Shown: positions 33,939 to 43,763, counted from the stretch's first letter. The stretch: DNA of 43,763 bases from an uncultured Candidatus Saccharibacteria bacterium (GCA_964426755.1 CAYRRR010000005.1:1-43763), one strand, 5' to 3'. The notes: a model not told the origin generated them from the letters alone. Numbers and translations are program-made.

Positions 33939-35156
33939 CTAGATAATGTTCGTCTGATTAACCAAGCCGTATACCGGTAGCAAGACTGCCGCCACAATAA
34001 TAAATGCGGTGATACCAAGTAGCACCATTAACACCGGCTCAATAATGGTTGAAATAGTCTTAATTTGGTTATCGACTTCTTTCTCATAGTAATCAGCCGT
34101 CTTGGCAAGCATATCTTCTAGTGACCCAGACTCTTCACCAATATGAATCATGTCGGGCACAAGTGTTAAAAAGTTCGGATCCCCCTTCAGTGACTCAGAT
34201 AGTGATTTACCACCCTTCACCTTTTCTACTGCTTTATGTATTGAGCTTTCTACATGAACGTTACTAATTGATCTTGCTACAATCTCTAGCATTTGAATTA
34301 AAGGAACACCGCTCGCCACCAAAGTAGTACCAGTACGCGAGAACCGGGCCATATACACCTTCATAAAAAGCGGCCCAAACATAGGAGCCTTCATCTTCAC
34401 CCGATCTATAACTCGCTTTCCGCCAAGTGTACGTACCCACCTGGTTGTCAAGAAAAACAATAACGCAACAGCAATGAGCACAATCCACCAGTAATCAATA
34501 ATGAAGTGTGATATAGCCAATAGTACGACCGTTATTAATGGCAGGTTTGCGCCCGGTAGGTCTTTGTATATTTGCTCAACTTGCGGCAAAACAGAAACTA
34601 TCATGAATCCAACCACACCAATCATAACTACAATAACAATTGCGGGATATATCATAGCGCCACGAATTTTACTTAAAATTTCTGCGTCTTTTTCTTGCTG
34701 GTTAGCAAGCCGCTCAAGCGCTAAATCTAGCGTGCCTGATGCCTCGCCAGCTGCAACCAAGCTCACGAATACTTCATTAAATACTCTTGGATGCTTTGCT
34801 AGCGCCCTCGAGAATGACGTACCCGCCTCTACATCGACGATAATCTTGCCTATAACAAGCTGTAGAGCTTTATTTTGTGTTTGGCTTGAAACGTTTCGAA
34901 GCGACTGAACCAGTGGCAAACCGGCATTTATAAGGGTTGATAACTGTCGAGAAAACAGCACCTTATCTTTGGTGCCAATCCTGTTTTTGATCCTTCCAAA
35001 TATATTATTGCTAGAGCGCGTAGCTTTAATATTAATTGGTGTATAACCCTGCTGTTTTATTAATTTAGCAGCAGCATGCTCGCTATCAGCCTGAATTTCT
35101 GAAGAAACTTTTTCGCCGGTTTTTGGGTTTTTGGCTTCGTACTTAAAAGACTGCAT
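33939..35156 (-). CDS. pilC: type IV pilus platform protein (GspF family)
   Basis: FSRQLSTLINAGLPL; AGEASGTLD; IGEESGSLEDML. Confidence 0.93.
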   Translation of the reverse strand: MQSFKYEAKNPKTGEKVSSEIQADSEHAAAKLIKQQGYTPINIKATRSSNNIFGRIKNRIGTKDKVLFSRQLSTLINAGLPLVQSLRNVSSQTQNKALQLVIGKIIVDVEAGTSFSRALAKHPRVFNEVFVSLVAAGEASGTLDLALERLANQQEKDAEILSKIRGAMIYPAIVIVVMIGVVGFMIVSVLPQVEQIYKDLPGANLPLITVVLLAISHFIIDYWWIVLIAVALLFFLTTRWVRTLGGKRVIDRVKMKAPMFGPLFMKVYMARFSRTGTTLVASGVPLIQMLEIVARSISNVHVESSIHKAVEKVKGGKSLSESLKGDPNFLTLVPDMIHIGEESGSLEDMLAKTADYYEKEVDNQIKTISTIIEPVLMVLLGITAFIIVAAVLLPVYGLVNQTNII

Positions 35157-35157
35157 T

Positions 35158-36225
35158 TTAGCCTCTCATTAACCTATCGAGCTCATCAAGATCTACGGCA
35201 TAGTTACGAGCCTCATCATAGGTTATTGTGCCACTATGTATTAATGACACGAGGGTTTTATCCATAGATTGCATGCCGAACTCTGCGCCAGTCTGAATAA
35301 CAGCTTCTAGCTGATGTGTTTTACCTTCACGAATAATATTACGCACTGCCGGCGTAGCAATAAGAATTTCTGCCGCTGCCACACGACCACCCCCAATTGA
35401 TGGAATTAAGCGCTGTGAACAAATGGCCATTAAAATATTTGATAGCTGAGCGCGAATCTGAGGCTGCTGATGCGGTGGAAACACGTCAATCATACGGTCA
35501 ATACTCTGAGACGCAGAGTTGGTGTGTAGGGTTGCAAACACCAAGTGGCCGGTCTCGGCAATGGTTATGGCCGAAGCAATTGTTTCAAGGTCGCGCATTT
35601 CACCAATTAGCACTACATCGGGGTCTTCTCGTAAGGTGCTGCGAAGAGCAGCAGAAAATGAGAACGTATCATAGTGCACTTCTCTTTGTGCGACAACTGA
35701 TTTTTTTGATTTATGCGTGTACTCAATAGGGTCCTCAATGGTAATAATATGATCTGCTCGCTCGCTGTTGATTTTGTCTACCAGCGCTGCCAGCGTTGTG
35801 GATTTTCCTGAGCCGGTAGGACCGGTTACCAACACAAGACCTCGAGGATGCTGGGCGAACTTATTAATTACAGGAGGCAGTCCCAGCTGCTCAATCGTTC
35901 TGATTTCATTAGGAATAAGACGCAGGGCTGCCGCCATGTTGCCGCGTTCATGAAACGCGTTAACGCGGAATCGGCCAAGATCGCCAAAAGCAAAACTAAA
36001 GTCAAACTCTTTGTCTTTTAATAGTATTTGTTTTTGATCTTCATCAAGGATCGAAAACACTAATGATTCTACAACATCTTCAGTTAAGGCATCTTGACCT
36101 TGAACAGGTATTAATTTGCCATCGACACGCAACATCGGTGGTAAGCCCACTTGTATATGCAGGTCGGAGGCCTTCTTTTTAACGACTTCTTCGAGTAAAA
36201 GTTCTATTCTTGGTTGATTGTTCAT
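35158..36225 (-). CDS. pilT: pilus retraction ATPase
   Basis: GPTGSGKSTT; TIEDPIE; LREDPD (the AIRNLIRE-like motif 'AVRNIIREGK'); HTNSA. Confidence 0.95.
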   Translation of the reverse strand: MNNQPRIELLLEEVVKKKASDLHIQVGLPPMLRVDGKLIPVQGQDALTEDVVESLVFSILDEDQKQILLKDKEFDFSFAFGDLGRFRVNAFHERGNMAAALRLIPNEIRTIEQLGLPPVINKFAQHPRGLVLVTGPTGSGKSTTLAALVDKINSERADHIITIEDPIEYTHKSKKSVVAQREVHYDTFSFSAALRSTLREDPDVVLIGEMRDLETIASAITIAETGHLVFATLHTNSASQSIDRMIDVFPPHQQPQIRAQLSNILMAICSQRLIPSIGGGRVAAAEILIATPAVRNIIREGKTHQLEAVIQTGAEFGMQSMDKTLVSLIHSGTITYDEARNYAVDLDELDRLMRG

Positions 36226-36243
36226 GTTTTTTGGTTCCCACCT

Positions 36244-38073
36244 TTATACACTTTCGTCCGCAGCTACGCGGTTAACCTCTGCTAAAGTAGTACCGCCCTC
36301 TAAAGCTTTCAGAAAGCCGTCTTGACGCATACTGACCATACCTTGCTGCAATGCCAGATTCTGGATTTCATTGCTGGTTGACCGTTTAAGAATGAGTTGC
36401 TGAATTTCGGGCGTTACATTAAACACCTCATACAAGCCCATTCTTCCCTTATAACCGCCAGGTGCAGAGCTATTATCGTCGCCCTTGTATAAAGTATAAG
36501 CGTTTTGCCCTCTTAGTGGCAAGGTTTTATACCCAAGATCAGCTGCATATTTAGGTATATCTTGTTGACTAGGAGGCAGTAACGGGCCAAGAACTTGCTG
36601 AATTGCTTGCGTTTCAGACGGTGATGACTGATACGCAACTGCACCTGGTGCTAACCTTCTAACCAGACGCTGCCCAATCACCGTTCGAACGGTAGACGCA
36701 ATTAGAAACGGCTCTATCCCCATATCGAGCAGACGAGGCAAAATACCTGCCGCTGAGTTAGTGTGAAGCGTAGAGAAGACGAGGTGACCAGTAAGGGCGG
36801 CTTGCACAGCCAAAGTCGCTGTTTCTTTATCACGAATTTCACCCACCATAACCACATTGGGGTCTTGGCGCAAAATTGAACGCAAGCCAGATGCAAACGT
36901 CAAGCCGATATCTGCGTTAACCTGAATTTGGTTAATACCTTCCATCTTGTATTCAACCGGATCTTCTAGCGTAACAATATTTATCGAGTCGCTCTTAATC
37001 TCTTGTAAAAGCGCATACATTGAGGTCGACTTTCCTGAACCGGTTGGGCCCGACGTTAAAACCATACCGTTCGGGTGTTTAAGAGCCTCTCTGATGGATC
37101 TAAGCGCTCGCCCCTTATAGCCCATGTCTTCAAGCTTTAGGCTTGTTCCGGTCTTATCTAACAAGCGGATTACTACTTGCTCACCCCAAACGACCGGAGA
37201 AATTGCAATACGAAGGTCAATACTTCTCCCTGCCACATTGACCGTAAACTGACCGTCTTGTGGTAAGCGATGTTCATCAATTTTAAGGTTAGATAAAATC
37301 TTCACCCTCGATACCAATGGAGGCTCTGCTGCTTTTGGTAAGCGCATCACTTCTCGCAATACGCCATCTATACGACAACGAATTTTAAGCTCTTGCTCTA
37401 ACGGCTCAATGTGAATATCACTGGCGCCATTAGTGGCCGCGTAGTCTAGAATTGCTGAAAGTACTTTGCTAATCGGTGAATCTTGCACGATAGTTTTGAT
37501 GTCGTGCTTTTCTGTCTTAAGCTGCCCCCTGGAGCCAGGTGTGTCTTTCATATTTCTTACTTCAGAAGATACCTCAAGCCCGCCGGTGACATCCTGGCCA
37601 GAAATAGCCATTTTTAATGCTGAAGAGACGTCTGCCCGGTACTGCTTTAAAACATTGCGTATACCCGTCTCACTGGCCGCAAACACCTTAACTGGGCGAC
37701 CTATCTTATTGGATAAAAAATCAATTGCCTGTACATTGTCAGCGTCAAGCATCGCAACAACTAAGCGGTTCTGCATTTCACCTAACGGAACAGCCATATA
37801 GCGCTCGGCAACTTCTTTAGGAAGCAAATCAAGTGTCTTAATCGGTATGACTGCCTTGCTAAGATTAACGTATGGTACGCCCGATGCATGAGCAATGGTC
37901 TTTGTTAATACTTCATCTGTGATATGAGCATCACTTAAGAGTAAAGAGAAAAACGGCTTCCCTTCAAGTTTTGACTTCTTTTTTAAGTTTCGGATTATGT
38001 CCGTGGTCAACAACCCCTCGGCTACCAAGGCATCCTCTACTTTTTTCTGTATCTCTGTTGACAGAACACTCAT
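36244..38073 (-). CDS. pilB: pilus extension ATPase (GspE/PilB family)
   Basis: ASDIHIEP; RLPQDG; GPTGSGKST; LRQDPN; GYKGRMGLYEV. Confidence 0.93.
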   Translation of the reverse strand: MSVLSTEIQKKVEDALVAEGLLTTDIIRNLKKKSKLEGKPFFSLLLSDAHITDEVLTKTIAHASGVPYVNLSKAVIPIKTLDLLPKEVAERYMAVPLGEMQNRLVVAMLDADNVQAIDFLSNKIGRPVKVFAASETGIRNVLKQYRADVSSALKMAISGQDVTGGLEVSSEVRNMKDTPGSRGQLKTEKHDIKTIVQDSPISKVLSAILDYAATNGASDIHIEPLEQELKIRCRIDGVLREVMRLPKAAEPPLVSRVKILSNLKIDEHRLPQDGQFTVNVAGRSIDLRIAISPVVWGEQVVIRLLDKTGTSLKLEDMGYKGRALRSIREALKHPNGMVLTSGPTGSGKSTSMYALLQEIKSDSINIVTLEDPVEYKMEGINQIQVNADIGLTFASGLRSILRQDPNVVMVGEIRDKETATLAVQAALTGHLVFSTLHTNSAAGILPRLLDMGIEPFLIASTVRTVIGQRLVRRLAPGAVAYQSSPSETQAIQQVLGPLLPPSQQDIPKYAADLGYKTLPLRGQNAYTLYKGDDNSSAPGGYKGRMGLYEVFNVTPEIQQLILKRSTSNEIQNLALQQGMVSMRQDGFLKALEGGTTLAEVNRVAADESV

Positions 38074-38100
38074 ACTACTACCGAGCCTGAAGCCGGCAAC

Positions 38101-38337
38101 CTAAAATGGTTGCGGGTTATCTTGATTACCGATTTGTATTAACTGCGTAGGATTGATAGAATTCGCATTAAAGTACTTTTGATCAATAGGTGGCAGGTCA
38201 GAGGCTATTGGCTCAACAACCTCAACTTGTGTATTGCGATTTTCGGGTGAAGTAAACAGCATATTAGAAACAAAAAAAGATAATACCCCTGATACGAATA
38301 CGACAACAATGATTAAAATAATGTCTTTTTGTTTCAT
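38101..38337 (-). CDS. small single-TM pilus accessory protein (PilP position)
   Basis: 78 aa, N-terminal TM, overlaps the pilO-like stop. Confidence 0.7.
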   Translation of the reverse strand: MKQKDIILIIVVVFVSGVLSFFVSNMLFTSPENRNTQVEVVEPIASDLPPIDQKYFNANSINPTQLIQIGNQDNPQPF

Positions 38338-39053
38338 TTGATTTCCTTCTTGTCTATAGCTACGCCCTTTTCTGCCTGATAATAAGACATAGCATCGACA
38401 TTAATTGATATAGAATCTTGATTACCACTTGAAATATCAACCTTTTTTATTTTGACCGGACGAATAGACTGCTCTAGCGCTATAAGAAGATCCCTTGCTT
38501 TATCAAAGCCTCCAACCTCACTTTCAAATTGAAAGGGCATCTCGATCGGATCTTTTGAGTTAGCGGTACTTTGCCCAACTTCATCATCTGTTCCTCCAAT
38601 AGAATTTAGAGGAAAATTACGTATTTTCATGAGTTTTTCTACACTGGTTATTAGTGCAGGAAAATCATATTTGCTCGGCAAAGCATCAAGAACTATCTTG
38701 GCGTTATCTCCGTCTTTGTCACCGGTGCCATTAGGATTACCGCCTATAACATTATCTGGCGTTTCAATAAACGCCCTATAAGAGGTCGCTAGTTGATTTA
38801 CGGCTGTGAGGTTATCTTGCAATTGTTGTACTGCTTTTTCTTTCTCATCAATTACACGTTCTTGATAACTCCGTTGGCTTAGCAAAGCTCGGCTAGCGAC
38901 GAGAGCAAACATCACAAAGAAGGCCGCAGCTGCTACCGCAATCACCATATTTTGATTCGCCTTTTCGATGAGCTCTTTTTTTCCGGTTGTGACATTATTT
39001 GATTTCATGAAACTTAGTCCCTTATTGTGAGTTAGGTTGTGGCTTAGGTACAA
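38334..39053 (-). CDS. PilO-like alignment protein
   Basis: TM helix, coiled coil, 'ALPSKYDFPAL', 'LEQSIRPVKI'; follows the pilN-like gene. Confidence 0.75.
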   Translation of the reverse strand: MYLSHNLTHNKGLSFMKSNNVTTGKKELIEKANQNMVIAVAAAAFFVMFALVASRALLSQRSYQERVIDEKEKAVQQLQDNLTAVNQLATSYRAFIETPDNVIGGNPNGTGDKDGDNAKIVLDALPSKYDFPALITSVEKLMKIRNFPLNSIGGTDDEVGQSTANSKDPIEMPFQFESEVGGFDKARDLLIALEQSIRPVKIKKVDISSGNQDSISINVDAMSYYQAEKGVAIDKKEIK

Positions 39054-39792
39054 ATAGATCGGTGGGTTTTTCGGTTACAGAACGTGTCGATATGATATTG
39101 GGCACTACTAGTTCAACATCCTTGGTATTGTCAAAGATCACAGCATTGTATTTAAATTGGACGCTGTACTGATTAGCTCCTCCGTCAGAACCGTCCGATG
39201 ACCCGCTTACTCCAAAATTTGTGAGGACGACTTCAGAAAAAGCTTTGTCAACTGGCGTAACCGGTTGAACAACAGATCCATCAGGATTACGAGTCACCTC
39301 AGCATACTGAGTAAACTTAATAATATCTACAAATCTATTTATTGATTCAAGACTATTCGTTGTTCCATCAATGGTTATCTGAGTTTGGTCAAAATCAAAA
39401 CTTGCATCTGAAATTTTAATGTCCTTTGGAGTGATTTGTATAAGATAGGTATATATACGGCTTGCCCCTGGCTTTGATTGATGTAATCCTGGCAATGCCT
39501 TTAGCTGATTTTGGATTGTCAGCACCTTCTCTAAATCAGGAATATCTTTCAACTCTTTGGTTTTCTGCTCAATATCAGTGTTAAGATTACCTAGGTGTTG
39601 CTTCTGAAAGACATTGACAACCATAAATAAAAGTATAAAAACAAATACCGCTAAAGCTGTAGCAGCAAGACTAGCAAGCATAACGAGTCGTTTAGTACGC
39701 TGTGCCTTTATATACTCTAATTTTACGTCTGGTAATAAGTTAAACTGAACCATGCTACTCCTCTCGCTCCGCAAGACCAGCAGCCACTGCAA
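39022..39792 (-). CDS. PilN-like alignment protein
   Basis: 'QFNLLP' N-terminus, TM helix, coiled coil, 'ITIDG'. Confidence 0.8.
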   Translation of the reverse strand: MQWLLVLRSERSSMVQFNLLPDVKLEYIKAQRTKRLVMLASLAATALAVFVFILLFMVVNVFQKQHLGNLNTDIEQKTKELKDIPDLEKVLTIQNQLKALPGLHQSKPGASRIYTYLIQITPKDIKISDASFDFDQTQITIDGTTNSLESINRFVDIIKFTQYAEVTRNPDGSVVQPVTPVDKAFSEVVLTNFGVSGSSDGSDGGANQYSVQFKYNAVIFDNTKDVELVVPNIISTRSVTEKPTDLFVPKPQPNSQ

Positions 39793-40792
39793 AATTAGGA
39801 GACATTGCCATCAAATCACTCTGCTGTGCCGAACCCGGATTAATGTTCCTCCACGCATTGCCTATTTCTACATTCAATCCAGATTTGGTTGCAATATAGG
39901 CTGGCATTTCTGGCAACGTAGCGGCGGTGCCCGCTACTATAATGCGCTCTAAATTAGTTTGGTATCTATTTGCGAAGAACTTAATAGATTTTTCTATCTC
40001 GGTTGTCAGAATATCGATGGTACCGATAATAGCGTTAAAGATCTGACCCTCTAAGCGATCACGACTGAGGCCAAATTTATAAACGAACTGATTGGCCTGC
40101 AATTGATCAATGCTTAAGTTTTGCATGGCAGCACGTATAATCGCTTCTGAACCTGTGGCAATTGACCTGGTTAGACGAGGTGCACCGTTCATAGTGATCA
40201 CCAAATCTGTACTAACACTACCAACTTCTACTATCATTTGTGGCGCAGTCGCGTCTGGTGCCGCTAAGGCGCGTACAAGTGCCATATTGTCAGGCTCAAA
40301 AGCTATCACATTTAGACCGATTGATTCAAGCAAATCTAAGCGGCCCTCAATATACTTGTTCGGAACACTAGTAAGTAAAACTTCAACCTTGCCTTGCTCT
40401 TTAGGAGAATCTCCTAAAACCGCCCAGTCAACTTTTGAATCTTCAATTGAAGTCGGGATGATCGAGTCTGCCTGGTATTTTATTGAATTTGCCAGTTCAG
40501 ACTCATCTAGCTTTTCTATATCTACAACTGTTGTAAAAACGCGCTGCGATGGAATGCCAACCACGGTATTACGGCTCGAGACCTTAGCTTGAGTGAGTAA
40601 GTCCTGTATGATTTGAGCTACTTTTTGTTGATCTGCCTTGGCGTCACTCATAGCAAGCTTGATATCAATCGGCACGTAGCCATATCGAACAAGCTGCTTT
40701 ACTGGCCCGCCCCCTCTAAGTTCTACTAATCTAACTGCTGAGGTGCCGATGTCCAGTCCAAAAAAATCGGAGACGCCGGATATTAAACTCAT
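39755..40792 (-). CDS. pilM: type IV pilus assembly protein PilM
   Basis: FGLDIGTSAVRLVEL actin-like fold; 'IIVAGTAA'; 'AVAAGLA'. Confidence 0.92.
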   Translation of the reverse strand: MSLISGVSDFFGLDIGTSAVRLVELRGGGPVKQLVRYGYVPIDIKLAMSDAKADQQKVAQIIQDLLTQAKVSSRNTVVGIPSQRVFTTVVDIEKLDESELANSIKYQADSIIPTSIEDSKVDWAVLGDSPKEQGKVEVLLTSVPNKYIEGRLDLLESIGLNVIAFEPDNMALVRALAAPDATAPQMIVEVGSVSTDLVITMNGAPRLTRSIATGSEAIIRAAMQNLSIDQLQANQFVYKFGLSRDRLEGQIFNAIIGTIDILTTEIEKSIKFFANRYQTNLERIIVAGTAATLPEMPAYIATKSGLNVEIGNAWRNINPGSAQQSDLMAMSPNFAVAAGLAEREE

Positions 40793-40848
40793 TACAGTTG
40801 ATTATAGCATAAGCGCATTTATTTTTTTCAAGCATTTATGTACATATT

Positions 40849-42846
40849 TTAAAGCACAGGGGGCAAGCTAACGATTGAGTCGTATGCACCAGGCTGCCGA
40901 GTTGGCAACGGCCAGGTTACAGGATTGCCCAACCAATATTCCGGAGAGAATACAAACGTTTCGGCGGCATGGTTATTTACATTATGATCTTCATTTGACA
41001 CGGCTTGGGTGTCTAAATCTCCTCCTAAGCGATTGAGCTCAATTTTTTTAGCAATTACCGCGCCTTTTACCGATAGTGGCTGGTCGCAATCTGCTAAAGT
41101 TCTTCCGTAATCGGCGCAAGTATTAAATATACCCTTGCTGCCGTCATTTCGCGGCTGCGCAATATATATACCATTTAGTTCAGTAACACCTGGCGCTACA
41201 TAGATATTGCCGCGCACAACAACATAAACCTTAGGTATCGCCTCTGGGCTACTCCAGGTAGTGCTATAAGTCATTGGTCCAGTAATGATCAGATCGCCAT
41301 CATAGTAATAAACCATAGGATCATTTGGACCTACCGCTCTACCGCCATACTTTCGTACAGGCTGGCCGGGCGTAACCGTCACTGTTGGAGCAAGATTTAC
41401 GGCGCCACTCTGTGCACTAAATTCTTCATAATAATTTGGCATGCAGTTCATTAGACTGCCGCCATCTTGACCTGCTGGATAAGTTGTAATTTTACCGCTT
41501 GGGGCATAGTTTCCAAACGTCGTGCCCAAAGGCGGCAATGAACCGTTCGCGACAGCATGATGCGGAATATTTAGGTTGTGCATCGAATTTGACATAAATT
41601 CATTTATTACTCCTGTCGCCGTAACCGCAAATTGAGAACCGGCACCAGCATAACCGAACGGAGTTGATTTAGTAAACGACTCTATTCCGGCATTATTATT
41701 AAATGTGCATGCATTATTAAGCGTGAATCCTCTGCCGACAGCTATGTCATTTCGATAAACCCGAGGATAGGGCTTAGTAAATGGCAGCTTGACTTGGAAT
41801 GTTAAGGGACATGATTGTCCATCCCAATGGGGGTTAGTGCCACCAGTACTGTACCCAAAGATGCGCCAATTAAATGTATACGTGCCCGGTGCAAGGCTTG
41901 CTGGTACGGTTATGTCGTATCGCCAAGATGTTGCCCTTCCTCCACGTAAGACTGGCCCAAAAACCGTATCCTCTACACCAGTACCTCTGATCTCTAATTC
42001 TGTAGGTGCACCCGGCCAAGGGGCTGGGTTTTGATTTCGTAATCTATGTCTAGTGCTGTGGGCTGGATTAACACTCCAAGCTTGTTCACCTTGATTATAA
42101 AAGGAGTAGTCTACTCTTCTTGTTTCTCCTGGCTCTAGGACTGGGGCTCCGGTCAGGGCAACAGTGCAGGTCCCCTTATCTTCAAGCTCAACGCTCCAAG
42201 ATACCGTAATGCTCATATTGACGCATCGGCTGTTATTTACAGAAGTATTAAAATTTGCACCCGTTTTATAAAATTGGCACATTTGACTGCCAATCGTACG
42301 TGAGCCCGCCGATTGCTTTACAGTAGGCCAATTAGAAATCAGGTACGACATTGGAATAACCGCAGAGTCTGGAAAAGTTGGCGGTTCTTGTGCGGTTCTT
42401 ATTGCACTAAAGAATTCCGTTGTAACGCAGTCCCCATTCTGACCCTGCGGACAACTCAGACCATTACCTGCACCTTGATGAGGCGGGTTTCCAACATACT
42501 TTACGCAATCAGTAGCAATACCATTTTCTCCATACCAGCCTGATACGGGGCAAATTTGTGGAGACGCCCAAATAGCGTAAGCCCGGGTATCATCAATATT
42601 GTTGCAGCTTTTCCAGCCCACCCTTACTTGGTATGATATTCTACCACTTGTAAGGTTAAGGCTAACATTTGTGATATAGGCTGCAAAATCTACCGGTACG
42701 CCACCATTACAAGTTGTTCGCGGCAAAGCAGGGCTGTGAGTTTCGCCTTGAAATATTGTTGTTGCGGCTTCAGCTTTTACGCTAAACAGCAACATAGATG
42801 CAAGAAATACACCCGCTATAATCATAAATTTGTGAAATTTATTCAT
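40849..42846 (-). CDS. large secreted Cys-rich protein with Ig-like domain, candidate pilus-associated adhesin
   Basis: Signal peptide (MNKF...AEA); many Cys; 'LEPGE...F.N.G...W' Ig-like repeat; C-terminus 'YDSIVSLPPVL'. ATG 42846 overlaps the upstream stop. Confidence 0.7.
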   Translation of the reverse strand: MNKFHKFMIIAGVFLASMLLFSVKAEAATTIFQGETHSPALPRTTCNGGVPVDFAAYITNVSLNLTSGRISYQVRVGWKSCNNIDDTRAYAIWASPQICPVSGWYGENGIATDCVKYVGNPPHQGAGNGLSCPQGQNGDCVTTEFFSAIRTAQEPPTFPDSAVIPMSYLISNWPTVKQSAGSRTIGSQMCQFYKTGANFNTSVNNSRCVNMSITVSWSVELEDKGTCTVALTGAPVLEPGETRRVDYSFYNQGEQAWSVNPAHSTRHRLRNQNPAPWPGAPTELEIRGTGVEDTVFGPVLRGGRATSWRYDITVPASLAPGTYTFNWRIFGYSTGGTNPHWDGQSCPLTFQVKLPFTKPYPRVYRNDIAVGRGFTLNNACTFNNNAGIESFTKSTPFGYAGAGSQFAVTATGVINEFMSNSMHNLNIPHHAVANGSLPPLGTTFGNYAPSGKITTYPAGQDGGSLMNCMPNYYEEFSAQSGAVNLAPTVTVTPGQPVRKYGGRAVGPNDPMVYYYDGDLIITGPMTYSTTWSSPEAIPKVYVVVRGNIYVAPGVTELNGIYIAQPRNDGSKGIFNTCADYGRTLADCDQPLSVKGAVIAKKIELNRLGGDLDTQAVSNEDHNVNNHAAETFVFSPEYWLGNPVTWPLPTRQPGAYDSIVSLPPVL

Positions 42847-43408
42847 TTGTATCCTCAGCATTTTCTTCCATTGCTTGTTGGATTCTTTCTTTGGTTCGAG
42901 ACCGTATCGCATCTCTAATTTCTTGATTGATTCCGTAACTATTATTATTTATATCAAGCCCGCTGGCCCCTGCGCTTTCTATATATGCTAACAACGAAGC
43001 GGTCTGCGTAGTAGCACTCATCTTATCTGCGTATAGTAAGGCGACGCAGGCATCATCAAGCATTGCCTTGTCCCATTCTGCAGGGTTAGACTGAAGTACT
43101 TTTGATGATTTATCATCAAATTGTGAGCCATAACGTTCTACTAAATTGCTGATTGTGGCGTCGCTATTATCGCTCTCTATAAACTCTTGTGTATATTTTT
43201 GTTGCTCAGTTTTTTGCGTAGGCTTTTTAGTCTCACCGTATATATACAAAGCCCCTAATCCTAAGATTGCAATCAACACAAAAATACCGGCGATAGCTAT
43301 TCGCTGCTTTGGTGTAGTAGCTTTTATTTTACGTCGAAGCGTAGCTAACGTCTTTTCTCTTCTGCCAACTACCACTCCAGATTCTGGCTGCTGTTTCTTA
43401 AACGCCAT
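42839..43408 (-). CDS. hypothetical single-TM protein
   Basis: 189 aa; basic N-terminus, TM helix, helical C-terminus; TTCAAA-N17-TAAAAT upstream. Confidence 0.75.
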   Translation of the reverse strand: MAFKKQQPESGVVVGRREKTLATLRRKIKATTPKQRIAIAGIFVLIAILGLGALYIYGETKKPTQKTEQQKYTQEFIESDNSDATISNLVERYGSQFDDKSSKVLQSNPAEWDKAMLDDACVALLYADKMSATTQTASLLAYIESAGASGLDINNNSYGINQEIRDAIRSRTKERIQQAMEENAEDTNE

Positions 43409-43683
43409 GATTAAGCTTATTTTACACTACAATGCTAGTGCTTTGAAATTTTTCGATAATTATAAGCCATGACCCCTATTATTTGAGTGCCGCCCGTATA
43501 GCCGCCATTGAAAACATGATGGATGCAGTGGTTATAAATGTCGTCAGAAACAGTGCCCTAAATTCAAAAAATATAATCAAGCATCCTTGTAATATTAAAA
43601 ATATTGCAAGCGTTGCTAACGAAAATCTAATTTCTTCTGTTGAGTGCTGTAGTAAACTTTCGTATTTTTAGGTCTATCATTTT

Positions 43684-43712
43684 ATTATAGCACACTCGCA
43701 CACATTTGTCAA
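43684..43712 (-). promoter_or_regulatory. perfect consensus promoter TTGACA-N17-TATAAT
   Basis: Minus strand reads TTGACA aatgtgtgcgagtgtgc TATAAT. Confidence 0.85.
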
Positions 43713-43763
43713 CTACTACTACCTCTGTTATAATAAACAGACATGAGTTTATCAATCGGTATT

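Noticed and set aside
856-43671. Remaining short track ORFs nested in or antisense to long genes (for example 2249..2482, 19279..19716, 34501..34908, 40110..40592, 43483..43671)
   Set aside because: They are shadow frames of well-supported genes, with no motifs or start signals.
1-43763. CRISPR array, IS element or prophage
   Set aside because: No regularly spaced repeats, transposase or phage structural genes were seen. The tyrosine recombinase looks like a housekeeping Xer among core genes.

Overview
Core chromosomal segment of a Patescibacteria (CPR) genome, most likely Saccharibacteria/TM7. This is inferred from a type IV pilus locus without PilQ, a ThrS without the TGS domain, a solo VirD4-like ATPase and an LPxTG surface protein. 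TAA, TAG and TGA all end genes, so it uses genetic code 11. Contents: infC-rpmI-rplT, rnpB, rpmB, thrS, miaA, queA, tgt, nrdR, ndk, a Xer-type recombinase, comM/yifB, six tRNAs (Pro, Val, Gly, Thr, Asp, Arg) and a ~14 kb type IV pilus cluster. There is no CRISPR array, IS or prophage. The most unusual material is non-coding or too small for the ORF track. (i) Several promoter-bounded, terminator-ended structured RNAs: an A/C-rich sRNA at ~6467-6646, a rod-shaped 6S-like RNA at ~12590-12722, and a unit at ~20255-20468. (ii) tRNA-fragment duplications associated with ~140-nt hairpin-rich elements beside tRNA-Pro and tRNA-Val. (iii) A 21-aa hydrophobic peptide with a perfect Shine-Dalgarno. (iv) A tRNA-Gly with a compensated A19-U56 elbow pair. 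(v) Variant tRNA-modification enzymes: a TGT with a hybrid pocket signature and a MiaA missing its insertion domain. (vi) Widespread leaderless gene architecture. All calls were made by eye and translation; no database searches or folding programs were run.
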